Shown: piece by piece, positions 9,878 to 19,144 of the stretch
How positions within the stretch are numbered: the stretch's first letter is position 1
Layout of the letters: each line of letters starts with the position of its first letter
From: a virus
Reading direction: 5' to 3' (one strand)
Virus record (IMG/VR): IMGVR_UViG_3300023179_009503
Coordinates: 1-64,000 of that record
Length of the DNA stretch: 64,000 bases
Translations under genes and position numbers: made by a program
Notes under the pieces: model-generated
Seen by the model: the letters and a program-made list of their open reading frames with translations, nothing else
Database searches by the model: none
Told to the model about the DNA's origin: nothing

Positions 9878-10071
9878 TTAAATCTAGCTACTTGCTTCTT
9901 TAGTTTACGCAACACGCTGGGCTTATAAAAACATCTCTTAAATCTCAAATCCTCTAATACTCCTGATTTCAAAAACTCTCTTGAAAATCTTTTATACGCT
10001 TTATCGAAATAAACTTTGTCTGTACATTTCTTTCTATCTAGTGTTACTGACGCGTTAACTATTTTGCTCAT
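9859..10071 (-). CDS. rpsU: Ribosomal protein bS21 homolog
   Basis: FDKAYKRFSREFLKSGVLEDLRFKRCFYKPSVLRKLKK fits the bS21 pattern (ALRRFKR...G.L.E.R.R..Y.KP...RK); 70 aa, basic. Confidence 0.8.
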   Translation of the reverse strand: MSKIVNASVTLDRKKCTDKVYFDKAYKRFSREFLKSGVLEDLRFKRCFYKPSVLRKLKKQVARFKWKYYN

Positions 10072-10364
10072 AAAAAAAGAGCCTTTTTATTGGAATTTAA
10101 AAACTTCATAATATATTTACTTTTATACAAACTTGAATCAAATTGCAAGAAAAATTTAATAGCCGAAAAATCATTTTTCATATCACAATATATTTTAAAA
10201 ATATCTCTAAATTCTTTATGTTTAAGAAGAGTAATAAAAACATTTGCTAAATTTAGTTTTTTAGTATTCATAAGAGTTATGAACGAACAGAATGATAAAA
10301 ACAAATGAGTTTGTTCGTAATCAGTGATTTGTTCAGAAGGATCGTAACCTTTCACATTCAACAA
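10068..10364 (-). CDS. Hypothetical protein
   Basis: ORF whose stop overlaps the bS21 start (ATGA). Confidence 0.55.
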   Translation of the reverse strand: MLNVKGYDPSEQITDYEQTHLFLSFCSFITLMNTKKLNLANVFITLLKHKEFRDIFKIYCDMKNDFSAIKFFLQFDSSLYKSKYIMKFLNSNKKALFL

Positions 10365-10389
10365 CTAATTATCTAACAAAATCAATAAA

Positions 10390-11718
10390 TCAATTGTCAA
10401 TAGCTAATTTGGTCAACGTACTAATAGATGATGTGCTTGCCTCCGTGTCGTTTATATGTTCGTCTTCAGTAATAGTCAATGTAGAGTAATCAATTCTCAT
10501 TGCGCAATGACCGTAATTTGGTCCAAATCTGTTCTTCATTAATCCCATCTTTATAACGCCAAGCTCTTTATCCGTGTCTTCCTGCCAAATACTCATAATT
10601 ACATCTCCTGTCATAGCAAGGCCTATACTTTCTGAAATGGTCTTTAGCCCCGGATCAGTTATTTCATACCCTTCTCTATTTAACTGAGTTGCAGTTATAA
10701 CTGGGCAATTAAAGCTATAGGATAGAGCTCTAAGTTGTTCGGTGCAAATTTTTACTCTTTCATAGCTAGAATCACCCATAGTTGAGTGTAACAAGTTAAC
10801 ATAATCAAGTACAATTGCGTCTATTTTAATACCTTTTTGTGCAAGCTTTTTAATAAAGGCTTTTAGATTGTTAGGGGTAATAGTAGCTGGTGGAAATTCT
10901 TTAATAATAATTTTTGCATTAGGATTCTCAATGCAATATTCACCAATCTGCGACTTTAGAGATTCAGATTCTAATTTAAGCTGACTTAACGGTATCTTAG
11001 ATACACTAGATACTAATCTTTTAGCATAAATTATTTCAGGCATTTCTAAAGATACAAGTAAGACTGTTCTCCCTTGTTCAGCTATATTAATAGCTACATT
11101 ACCTAAGAAAATACTCTTACCAATATTAGTTTCACCTGCAAACAAATATAATGCTCTACCATCCTCTAAAAACCCACCACCTATTTTATCATCTAACCAT
11201 TTCCACTTAGAAGGAATATATTTTTCGTTTGAATTTAAATCTTGAATAACTCGATCAAGATCAGCATACAAATCTAATCCTATTTCGGTGGTTAAAGATA
11301 TATTACATGCTTTTTCAAACTTTGATAAAATCTTAGATGTGTCTACTGTATTTTTATTAATATCATCTACAACGTCCATCATCGTATGGTACACAGATTT
11401 TTCCTTAATAAATGTTTCTGTATTTGCAGATAGCTCATCATTATTAAAATTCTTATCAAGATTATTAAACTGTGTTACCACTGCTTTAAATGAATTTTTA
11501 AGATCATCATTAACAAGGTATGATTTTATTTCAGTAAGTGTTGGACAAGCGTTTCTCTTCTCGTAAAAGTCTCTAATAATTGTAAAGATTGCTTTAATAT
11601 CTTTATTTTTAAAAAAAATCGGCTTTATATGATCAACAATAGATGCCAGATAAGTTTCATCAGTTAACGACTTATAAGCAATAACAGTTTCAAAAAAGTC
11701 TAAATCTAGCTTAACCAT
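10390..11718 (-). CDS. gp41: Replicative DnaB-like helicase
   Basis: AGETNIGKS Walker A; SLEM; LDYVNL; TATQLNREG; MKNRFG. Confidence 0.95.
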   Translation of the reverse strand: MVKLDLDFFETVIAYKSLTDETYLASIVDHIKPIFFKNKDIKAIFTIIRDFYEKRNACPTLTEIKSYLVNDDLKNSFKAVVTQFNNLDKNFNNDELSANTETFIKEKSVYHTMMDVVDDINKNTVDTSKILSKFEKACNISLTTEIGLDLYADLDRVIQDLNSNEKYIPSKWKWLDDKIGGGFLEDGRALYLFAGETNIGKSIFLGNVAINIAEQGRTVLLVSLEMPEIIYAKRLVSSVSKIPLSQLKLESESLKSQIGEYCIENPNAKIIIKEFPPATITPNNLKAFIKKLAQKGIKIDAIVLDYVNLLHSTMGDSSYERVKICTEQLRALSYSFNCPVITATQLNREGYEITDPGLKTISESIGLAMTGDVIMSIWQEDTDKELGVIKMGLMKNRFGPNYGHCAMRIDYSTLTITEDEHINDTEASTSSISTLTKLAIDN

Positions 11719-11738
11719 TATTTAATAATATATTAAGT

Positions 11739-12431
11739 TTACACAGAATCAATGTCACTATATTCCTCTAGGAATTTTTCTTGACTATTAACAAAATTTG
11801 AATCATCAAAGCTCAGCAACCCCGGAGAAGAATGAACGACCCATATAGGGACAACCCCTATTTTAAGCTTTTTATTGTTAGCATCAATACAGCTAGCTAT
11901 GTCATAATGATGAAATCTATAATTTTCATTAAACTTCCAATCTTTATTTAAATAACATTCTGTTTTAACGCTGATAAATAGGCCATCTATAATTGCTACA
12001 CGAGATGGTGTTGGGCCAAAATTTGTCATGCCTATCTGATCTTTATTAACTTTATGTGCTACCGCTCCTCTTAGATTACCACCATGAAACCCTCCACACA
12101 TTAAATGCCAAAGAGCGGGTTGCTTGATAACAGGATTAAGGCCACCTGCTATACCTACTATATCAAACGTTTGATGCGCATTTTCAAGCTTGCTTACAAC
12201 ACCTAAATCATCAACATAAACATCATCATGAAGAAAAACAATATTATCAAATTCTTCTGCATGAAGCTTGAGAGTATTATTATATTTCTCGCTTAATCCA
12301 ATTTTATTATTTGTATCGTAAAAAATATCGAACTTCCAAGGTGTCGTACTTTTTATTCTTGAAAGTGACTTAAACGCGTACGTTTCTTCTGCTTCTTTAC
12401 ATTTAGTGCAAAAATAAAAAGCTGTTTTCAC
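11739..12431 (-). CDS. GT-A fold glycosyltransferase
   Basis: LSEKYN, VFLHDDV, IVGIAG, IDGLF, FHHYD motifs. Confidence 0.8.
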   Translation of the reverse strand: MKTAFYFCTKCKEAEETYAFKSLSRIKSTTPWKFDIFYDTNNKIGLSEKYNNTLKLHAEEFDNIVFLHDDVYVDDLGVVSKLENAHQTFDIVGIAGGLNPVIKQPALWHLMCGGFHGGNLRGAVAHKVNKDQIGMTNFGPTPSRVAIIDGLFISVKTECYLNKDWKFNENYRFHHYDIASCIDANNKKLKIGVVPIWVVHSSPGLLSFDDSNFVNSQEKFLEEYSDIDSV

Positions 12432-13111
12432 GGGGTAAAAAACGGTGAGTTGGTTTGAAATACGCCTACCGAAGTAATACCTTCTTTAGTTAGAAGATAC
12501 AAAACACCTTCCTCAAGAGCTACAAATTCCTGCTCTTTTAAAGAAGAAAAATCGTTTGACAAAAAATTTGCAAATACAGTACTCCCGGATCTAGCAAGAA
12601 ATATATTTGCAGATTTTTGATTATAAATCCATAAACCGAACGTACCTTTTAGCTTTGACAACGCTTTACAAATTCCTGCAACCTCATCATCTAAATCTTT
12701 AACATGCTGGTTAATAAATGGAGCTATAACCGAAGAATCCACCACATTATAAGCTTTCTTATCTTTAATTTGTTTCTTAAGTTCTTTATCGTTTGTTAAA
12801 ACACCGTTATGTGCGATTATCCAATCTTTGTATTGAAATGGATGTGATGTGTTAGGTGAAAATGCTCTTTTCTCAGAAGTAGGTGCTTGTGTATGGCCTA
12901 AAAAAGTATCAAAATCTGTTATACTCTTCTTTTTTTTGCCATACTCTATTACTAATTTATTAGATAAATTAGCGGTACCTGGTGTCTTTAAAATAGCATG
13001 AAGTTTCGATCCAATTAATAAACCTCCATAAGAAAACGTACCACGTTTCTTATTGCTCTTATAAAGCTTTACATAAGTTGTAAAGTCTTTAGAACCAAAT
13101 ATACCGCAAAT
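12428..13111 (-). CDS. Class II (Ntn) glutamine amidotransferase with AUU start
   Basis: Frame is open 366 nt beyond the track start: (M)CGIFGS...RG...GHTQAPT...HPF...AHNGVL...VDS; ATT at 13111 lies 8 nt after AGGAGG. Confidence 0.88.
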   Translation of the reverse strand: MCGIFGSKDFTTYVKLYKSNKKRGTFSYGGLLIGSKLHAILKTPGTANLSNKLVIEYGKKKKSITDFDTFLGHTQAPTSEKRAFSPNTSHPFQYKDWIIAHNGVLTNDKELKKQIKDKKAYNVVDSSVIAPFINQHVKDLDDEVAGICKALSKLKGTFGLWIYNQKSANIFLARSGSTVFANFLSNDFSSLKEQEFVALEEGVLYLLTKEGITSVGVFQTNSPFFTP

Positions 13112-13119
13112 AGCTATAA

Positions 13120-13158
13120 CCTCCTGATTTATTATAATATAAAGAATAAATAATTCAA
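13120..13158. promoter_or_regulatory. Overlapping divergent promoters plus Shine-Dalgarno
   Basis: Minus strand: TTGAAT-N16-TATAAT, then AGGAGG; plus strand: TAAATA-N7-ATG of 13160. Confidence 0.7.
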
Positions 13159-13159
13159 G

Positions 13160-14062
13160 ATGAACAAAGATACAAAGCTCATTTTCGAAGCGTATTTAAC
13201 TAACAAACCTAAGGTTTTAAAAGAAGCACCTATATATGCTGACGAACTAGGGTATACCGGCGATATTGAAAAGGCACCTGGCAAAGGCTATGGAATAGGT
13301 AAAACAGCTGCAAAAGAAGGTAAAACAAAAGCAGAAATTGCAAACCGTTTACTTCAAGCAATACAGACAAAGCTCTTTAAACCTGCAGTTCATACTATAG
13401 ATGGTAAAGAATATAAACTTTATTATCCGGGATCAAAAATGAAATTTAGAACAGATCTAGAAAATTTAATTAAAAACGAACTCAAGCTCGGTGGTACTGA
13501 AGCAAGATACACTGCTAGAATAGTTGACAATTTGTTAAACGTTTTAAGAGTAGATGTAGAAGGTGGTGCAGCGGCTAGCCCTGCGCAAGTCAAGCAAGCT
13601 GTTACCTCTGGAGTAGAGGGTAAGAAAGTAGTTGCTCCCGGCACACCTGGTACTTCACCTGCAACACCAGCTCCTACAACAAATACTTTTATAAAAAACG
13701 ATGTTAGGTTCATTAAAGAATGGATGCCAATCTTTAATGAATTGCCTGATGAAATAACTGTATCTGGTGGTGGCGATATTTATACTTCACCTGAGCTTAA
13801 AAAAGAAGTAGAAGAGGCTATTATTCGCGCTTATGATGAAAAGATGGCTAAAGACAGCGAAATGGTACAGGACTTTATTGATTCATTAAAATTTAAAAAT
13901 AGTTTTTCACCTTCATCTGAGAAAAAAGAAGGCGAGGGTACCGGTGAAGTGGAAACTGTAGAAGAATATCCTGAAGAAGACGAACCTACTTCAATTGCAA
14001 GAGAGCTAGGCTATAAAGGCGGAAGAAGCTTCGACGAATTTGACAAATATAGTACTAATTAA
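13160..14062 (+). CDS. Hypothetical late protein, candidate internal head protein
   Basis: MNKDTKLIFEAY...VLKE-A leader; opposite orientation inside the early cluster. Confidence 0.65.
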   Translation: MNKDTKLIFEAYLTNKPKVLKEAPIYADELGYTGDIEKAPGKGYGIGKTAAKEGKTKAEIANRLLQAIQTKLFKPAVHTIDGKEYKLYYPGSKMKFRTDLENLIKNELKLGGTEARYTARIVDNLLNVLRVDVEGGAAASPAQVKQAVTSGVEGKKVVAPGTPGTSPATPAPTTNTFIKNDVRFIKEWMPIFNELPDEITVSGGGDIYTSPELKKEVEEAIIRAYDEKMAKDSEMVQDFIDSLKFKNSFSPSSEKKEGEGTGEVETVEEYPEEDEPTSIARELGYKGGRSFDEFDKYSTN

Positions 14063-14078
14063 ATCTAATAAGCTAGAT

Positions 14079-14834
14079 TTACTTAATCATCTTACACTTA
14101 TATTTTTCCCAAGGTATTGAGATTTTATAAGGTAACGGGTCTATATAACCGGAATCTATAAAACCTTTTATTCTCAAAGAGCACGCTGTACACTCTCCAC
14201 AAGCAATTTGCTCGCCTTCATAACATGTCCATGTTTCTGCAAAATTAACACCTAATTTTACGCCTAATTTTACTATATCAGCCTTAGATTTTTCAATAAG
14301 CGGTGCTTGTACTGTAATTCTGTTTCTACGATTAAGAGCTGTGAGTTTATTTATTTGAGTTAAAAATTCCTTACTCCCATCCCAATATCCTGCAACACTA
14401 TCAGCTTGTGCTGCACCGTGAAAAATAGTGGAAGCTCCTACATTTTCAGCTATAGCCAGGCTAATACCAAGCATCATTGTATTTCTAAATGGAACGTAAT
14501 TTACTGTCTGTGGATCTCCCATTACATCTTTTGCTTTAGCAACAGGAATTTTAGTATTGAGAAGGGAAGAAATAGAGCAAATATCCTTAAAAAACGGTAA
14601 TGTAATTATTTTATGTATAACGTTCTTTTCACCAATTTTATTTGCAACAGCAGCTAACTGGCGTGTTGCATACACTAATTCCCTGCTATGCTTTTGTCCA
14701 TAACTAAAGCTAACAGCTATAACTTTGTCGTATCTATCTGCAGCAAGATGTAACAATACTGAGCTATCCATCCCCCCGCTAATAGGAACAACTACTTTAC
14801 TCGACTGGCTCTTCTTGTTCTTGGTCGTTGGCAT
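14079..14834 (-). CDS. queC: 7-cyano-7-deazaguanine synthase
   Basis: SGGMDS; YGQKH; YVPFRN; TWTCY...CGECTAC. Confidence 0.95.
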   Translation of the reverse strand: MPTTKNKKSQSSKVVVPISGGMDSSVLLHLAADRYDKVIAVSFSYGQKHSRELVYATRQLAAVANKIGEKNVIHKIITLPFFKDICSISSLLNTKIPVAKAKDVMGDPQTVNYVPFRNTMMLGISLAIAENVGASTIFHGAAQADSVAGYWDGSKEFLTQINKLTALNRRNRITVQAPLIEKSKADIVKLGVKLGVNFAETWTCYEGEQIACGECTACSLRIKGFIDSGYIDPLPYKISIPWEKYKCKMIK

Positions 14835-15912
14835 TGTATTTATATTCTTCCGTTAATCTCTTATCAAGCTCAGGTATAATAAACTCTTCATAAAAAGCGG
14901 GATCCTTAGCAAAAGTCTTAGCATATCCTAGTTTATCACCTTTTTTGTATTTACCGCTTGTTACACCAACAGTATATGTTGCACCATTTTGTTCAACGAT
15001 GCCTCTCACTGCCGCCATACCAAGAAGACCGCTATACTTGTTTAGACCGGTCTTAAAAGAAAGATACATTTCTGTCTCTAAAAACGGTGGTAGAAAGCGA
15101 TTCTTAACAGTTAGAGCGCGAAGTGTTGTACCGCTGTACTTATTGGCTTCTGCAAGCTTTTTATCCTCAGCATCCATAGAATCGCCTTCCCCTTCCTTTT
15201 CATGGCGCTTGGCAAGCTGCACAAGAATACTAGCCATATATACCGGGCCAGAACCACCAGCTTGATTCTTTACTAAGCTCGGAAACATTGAAGCCGGGTC
15301 ATCATAAGTATGATTAGTAAATAAAATCGTCACACCAGCCTTAGCAGCTTTAAAAGTTAGGGTACGGAACATACTCTTTAATGATTTTGCTCTAAGACCC
15401 ATGTCTGCTGCAGATTTATCCTTGGCAACGTCGTCGAGCTCTTTCTGAGAGGCTAAGTTACCAAGACTGTCAATACTAATAATAAACTTACCCCGAGCAT
15501 CATTTTCAATAATACTATCAAGTAAAGCGCTAACTTGATTACGACACTGATCAATAGTATCTACCGGTACATATTTTACATTTTCAGGATCTAAACCAAC
15601 ACCTTTTGTGCTGTTCTCATCAATGGCAATCTCGGTATCAAATATAACTGGAGTAAGACCCTTCTTCTGAGCAGTAGCAAGAATCTTATTTACAATAAAA
15701 GTCTTACCTGTTTGACTAGGACCGGAGAACCCTGTTATTCTCCCCTTAGGAACACCACCAGCCCTACAACTCCCGCCAAGTATAGCGTTAAGAGCGTAGC
15801 ATCCAGTATCAAACCACTCATCAACTTTACTAAGTGCATTTTCGTTTAAAAATGAAGCTTCTGTATTTAATTTGTCTAGTGATGCAAATATCTTATTAAG
15901 GTCTTTACTCAT
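14797..15912 (-). CDS. uvsX: RecA-like recombinase
   Basis: GPSQTGKT; FDTE; IDSLGNLAS; DMGLRAK; TNHTY. Confidence 0.95.
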   Translation of the reverse strand: MSKDLNKIFASLDKLNTEASFLNENALSKVDEWFDTGCYALNAILGGSCRAGGVPKGRITGFSGPSQTGKTFIVNKILATAQKKGLTPVIFDTEIAIDENSTKGVGLDPENVKYVPVDTIDQCRNQVSALLDSIIENDARGKFIISIDSLGNLASQKELDDVAKDKSAADMGLRAKSLKSMFRTLTFKAAKAGVTILFTNHTYDDPASMFPSLVKNQAGGSGPVYMASILVQLAKRHEKEGEGDSMDAEDKKLAEANKYSGTTLRALTVKNRFLPPFLETEMYLSFKTGLNKYSGLLGMAAVRGIVEQNGATYTVGVTSGKYKKGDKLGYAKTFAKDPAFYEEFIIPELDKRLTEEYKYNANDQEQEEPVE

Positions 15913-15954
15913 AGATACAGTATAAAAGCTGTCTCGAGAAAAACAAGTATAAAA

Positions 15955-16311
15955 TTATTCGTCGAACAATTTAATTACCGGCGCAGATTCTTTTGCAGGG
16001 GTTGCAACAGGAGCGGAAAAAAGCTTGTTATATTGTTCAACTAGCCTCGGATCATTGTCAATTTCAACACCAAGAACTATTGTATTGAGGTTAAACTTCC
16101 AAACGGTACCGTTAGACTTTGACTTTTCACCAACAAACTCCCTAAAGAAAAGTGGAATTGTCTGAACGTTTAACTGCCCGTTCTGCGTAGGTTGCACGTG
16201 AATAATGGCAGGATTTTTTACAGTAAGGTGTGTCTTATCCTGGTCAACTAGAGTCGCCAGCATGGTTCTGCCAATATGATCTATAAATGTTACAATATTC
16301 TCTTTGCTCAT
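15955..16311 (-). CDS. Hypothetical protein (small beta-rich), downstream of the polymerase
   Basis: ORF with TTGATT-N16-TAATAT-N6-ATG upstream. Confidence 0.6.
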   Translation of the reverse strand: MSKENIVTFIDHIGRTMLATLVDQDKTHLTVKNPAIIHVQPTQNGQLNVQTIPLFFREFVGEKSKSNGTVWKFNLNTIVLGVEIDNDPRLVEQYNKLFSAPVATPAKESAPVIKLFDE

Positions 16312-16341
16312 GTAGTTATATTATGATATAATCAATTAAAA

Positions 16342-18930
16342 TCAACTCTCTTTTAACAAATCAAATAAATCAGTTTGTACTTGTGTACCTGGCGACTGAA
16401 GCTTCCAGTTTACGGCTTCATAAAAGCGTTCAATGACTGAAAAAATAATCTTTTCAAACATCATTTCATGGTTTGGTTCAAATGTATCGCTGAACTCTTT
16501 TGGAAATGTATACTTGTAGCCGATAGTGTTAATGCCAAATTTATTGGGTTGCTTTGCATAAAAATATCTTACCTTATCTCCGGAAGAAATCTTTTCATAC
16601 TTCTTTCCGGTATTAAACCTATCTAAAAGTATATTATAAAAATAAGCAGCTTTTACATGTATAGGCATATGTTTAGCTGTCTTAAACCCATCACACATTG
16701 CGGAGTATTTTTCATAGCCTTTAATACCCATTACAAAAGAAATATCTTCGATTTTAAGATTTTTAAATATTTCATACGTTTCGTTAAAAATTTTATTAGT
16801 CTGACCTAGGTCTTTTGTGAGTAGCATTGTCTCAATAATTTTCTTCACGTATGGTTTAATAGGCGCAGGCATTGTTGTTCTTACAACTTCGACTCCCGTA
16901 TACTTAAACTTACTACAGGGTATGCCTTCTTCATCAAGTACGCGTAAAACATATCTCTTTTTTTGTAAAAAGATTCCCGTATCAGCTATAGCTTCTCTCT
17001 TAAAGTTTAACCTACAGTCAATAGAACCCAATGCAGTTTGACCCCAAACCTTAATATTTTTATTCAAATAATCTTCAATATCTTGAACTTCTTTATAGTA
17101 TTCAGGTGTTACTTTACCCTTACTATCTAGCATTCTAAGACCTGTTTTTTCAACTATACTTTTTATAGAAATGTACGAGCTATCTGTATCATTATAGATA
17201 ATTGGAGTATTCTTTAATATATCTTCGTCTGTCATCCCTGTCTTACTCTTTACATATTCCTCAAGTAATCTGTTAGATTCTTTAATAACTGCTTGACCTG
17301 TTAATGTGATGCTTTCGGCTAGCTGATCGTCACCAAGAGGGCTATGTTTATTACCAAAGTAGCCATAGATAGTGTTAATTAAGATCTTAATTGTATGCTG
17401 AGTAATATTTAGATTATCAATTTGACGTTTAAGTTGCTTGTATTCATCAGATCCCTTCTCAAGAGTAATAATCTTTTTCTTTAACAGCTTAAGCTGTCTC
17501 TTAATCTCTACCCTCTTCTTATAATAATGGTCTACTGTCTCAGGTATAATACCTTTTTCTTTCTGAGTAAACAATACTTTAGCTTTAGAAATAGCTATCT
17601 TTTCTTTCTTAATAAAGTCGATAAAATGCTGAGGGGTAAGCTTAAATTCCTGCCCGTTAACATGTTGTATAGTTATCTCCTTATCTGTTTTCTCTGTTAT
17701 GACTCCAACTTTTGTTTCGGGGGAGAGGTTCAAAGTAATCATTACGTTTGGATACAGACTATTCGCATCAAAAGAAACAATATTTTCTTGAAATCCTTTT
17801 AAAGGCTCGCCTACATAAGCACCTGCGTTCTGCTCATCACTATGTACTTCTTTGTTAAATGTTGGTATTCGCTGGTCGCGTGTTCTCGCTCTAATAGCAC
17901 ATAAACCGGTTATAACTGATAATGAGCCAAGAGCGCCTTCAAATGTTGTGAGCCCAGCATAAGCTATCATCCTCAATAGCTCTAAGTATTGAAGTTTTTC
18001 TTCAAGTCTAACTAGAAGATTTACGTCTTGAATGTTATATTCAACAAATAATTCCCAATTATCATCTGCAAGGCTAGTTAAATTAGTATCACCATAATCA
18101 ATTTTATTTTCACCTAGCTCTATTTCACCAATTGCATCTAGCTTATAAGACTCCCGTAGTGTAGGGCAAAATCTTTTGTAGATATCTAGATAATCCACAC
18201 AAGATACACCTTCTATATGCCAATGTACTTGCTCTCTACCAAACTTACCTTTAAACATGATAGGTCGTATATAACCTACGGGGGATAACTTTTTTGTTTC
18301 ATCTTCACCTAGTATTCTTGTAATACGGTTAATAATATACGGCACGTCGAAGAATTCGCTATTCCACCCAGATAAAATATCAGGATAATCAGATGTAAAA
18401 AAGCTAAGAAACTTTGTAAGTAAATCCTTTTCAGTCTTGCAGTATATGTAGAGGCCATTATCTAAAGCTTTATGATAAGCTTTAAGCCCCCAGGTTATAA
18501 ATTTCTTTTTAACAGTATCGTATACTGTAATAATATTAATCGGGTGAGTTGGGTCTTCGGGTTTAGGAAACTCATCAGGGCTGTAGGTCTCAATATCAAT
18601 AAAAAGCACTCTTATAGGGTGTTGAGTAAAATTATCCTTTTCGTTATGCTCCCAAAAATTATCAATTAAAAATTGCTGTTGAATATTTAAATTTTCAAAT
18701 ACACGAACTATTTTATTATCCTTTAAATATCTTGCTCGTTCGGCTTGATTCTTAAATCGCTTCTTCTTTAACTTGGTGTTAAAAATGCTTGTACAATCCG
18801 GATGATTATTAGTCTCAAGATAAATGTAAGGCTCGTAAGTAGTATCTAAGGCTACGCGTTTACCGTCCTGATCCCAGGTAAACAAACGCATAAGCTGCTC
18901 TCTAGGCAAGTATGCAACATTTCTGTACAC
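16342..18930 (-). CDS. gp43: Family B DNA polymerase
   Basis: DIET, GWNSEFFD, YNIQD exonuclease motifs; DANSLYP, KILINTIYG, YNDTDS, KKRY. Confidence 0.97.
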   Translation of the reverse strand: MYRNVAYLPREQLMRLFTWDQDGKRVALDTTYEPYIYLETNNHPDCTSIFNTKLKKKRFKNQAERARYLKDNKIVRVFENLNIQQQFLIDNFWEHNEKDNFTQHPIRVLFIDIETYSPDEFPKPEDPTHPINIITVYDTVKKKFITWGLKAYHKALDNGLYIYCKTEKDLLTKFLSFFTSDYPDILSGWNSEFFDVPYIINRITRILGEDETKKLSPVGYIRPIMFKGKFGREQVHWHIEGVSCVDYLDIYKRFCPTLRESYKLDAIGEIELGENKIDYGDTNLTSLADDNWELFVEYNIQDVNLLVRLEEKLQYLELLRMIAYAGLTTFEGALGSLSVITGLCAIRARTRDQRIPTFNKEVHSDEQNAGAYVGEPLKGFQENIVSFDANSLYPNVMITLNLSPETKVGVITEKTDKEITIQHVNGQEFKLTPQHFIDFIKKEKIAISKAKVLFTQKEKGIIPETVDHYYKKRVEIKRQLKLLKKKIITLEKGSDEYKQLKRQIDNLNITQHTIKILINTIYGYFGNKHSPLGDDQLAESITLTGQAVIKESNRLLEEYVKSKTGMTDEDILKNTPIIYNDTDSSYISIKSIVEKTGLRMLDSKGKVTPEYYKEVQDIEDYLNKNIKVWGQTALGSIDCRLNFKREAIADTGIFLQKKRYVLRVLDEEGIPCSKFKYTGVEVVRTTMPAPIKPYVKKIIETMLLTKDLGQTNKIFNETYEIFKNLKIEDISFVMGIKGYEKYSAMCDGFKTAKHMPIHVKAAYFYNILLDRFNTGKKYEKISSGDKVRYFYAKQPNKFGINTIGYKYTFPKEFSDTFEPNHEMMFEKIIFSVIERFYEAVNWKLQSPGTQVQTDLFDLLKES

Positions 18931-18964
18931 AAATATATTATAACTACTTTAAATAAAAGTACAA

Positions 18965-19144
18965 TTATAAATGCAGTACTATTTTAAAAAGTACAATAGC
19001 TGAACAAATAGCTGCGACTAAGCTTGTAAATGTTCTTAGTAATTCAAGTTTATGATTATGCCTATCAACCCAAATCTCAACTAAGTCTCTTAGCCGGCCT
19101 TCTTCTTCTAGCTGTCTAATTTCTTTTTTAGTTAACTTTCTCAT
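18965..19144 (-). CDS. 59-aa small protein with C-terminal TM helix, not in ORF track
   Basis: MRKLTKKEIR...SLVAAICSAIVLFKIVLHL; start overlaps the upstream stop (ATGA). Confidence 0.6.
   Translation of the reverse strand: MRKLTKKEIRQLEEEGRLRDLVEIWVDRHNHKLELLRTFTSLVAAICSAIVLFKIVLHL

Noticed and set aside
12746-13111. Apparent 400-bp non-coding gap or pseudogene
   Set aside because: It is the uninterrupted 5' half of the amidotransferase, starting at ATT
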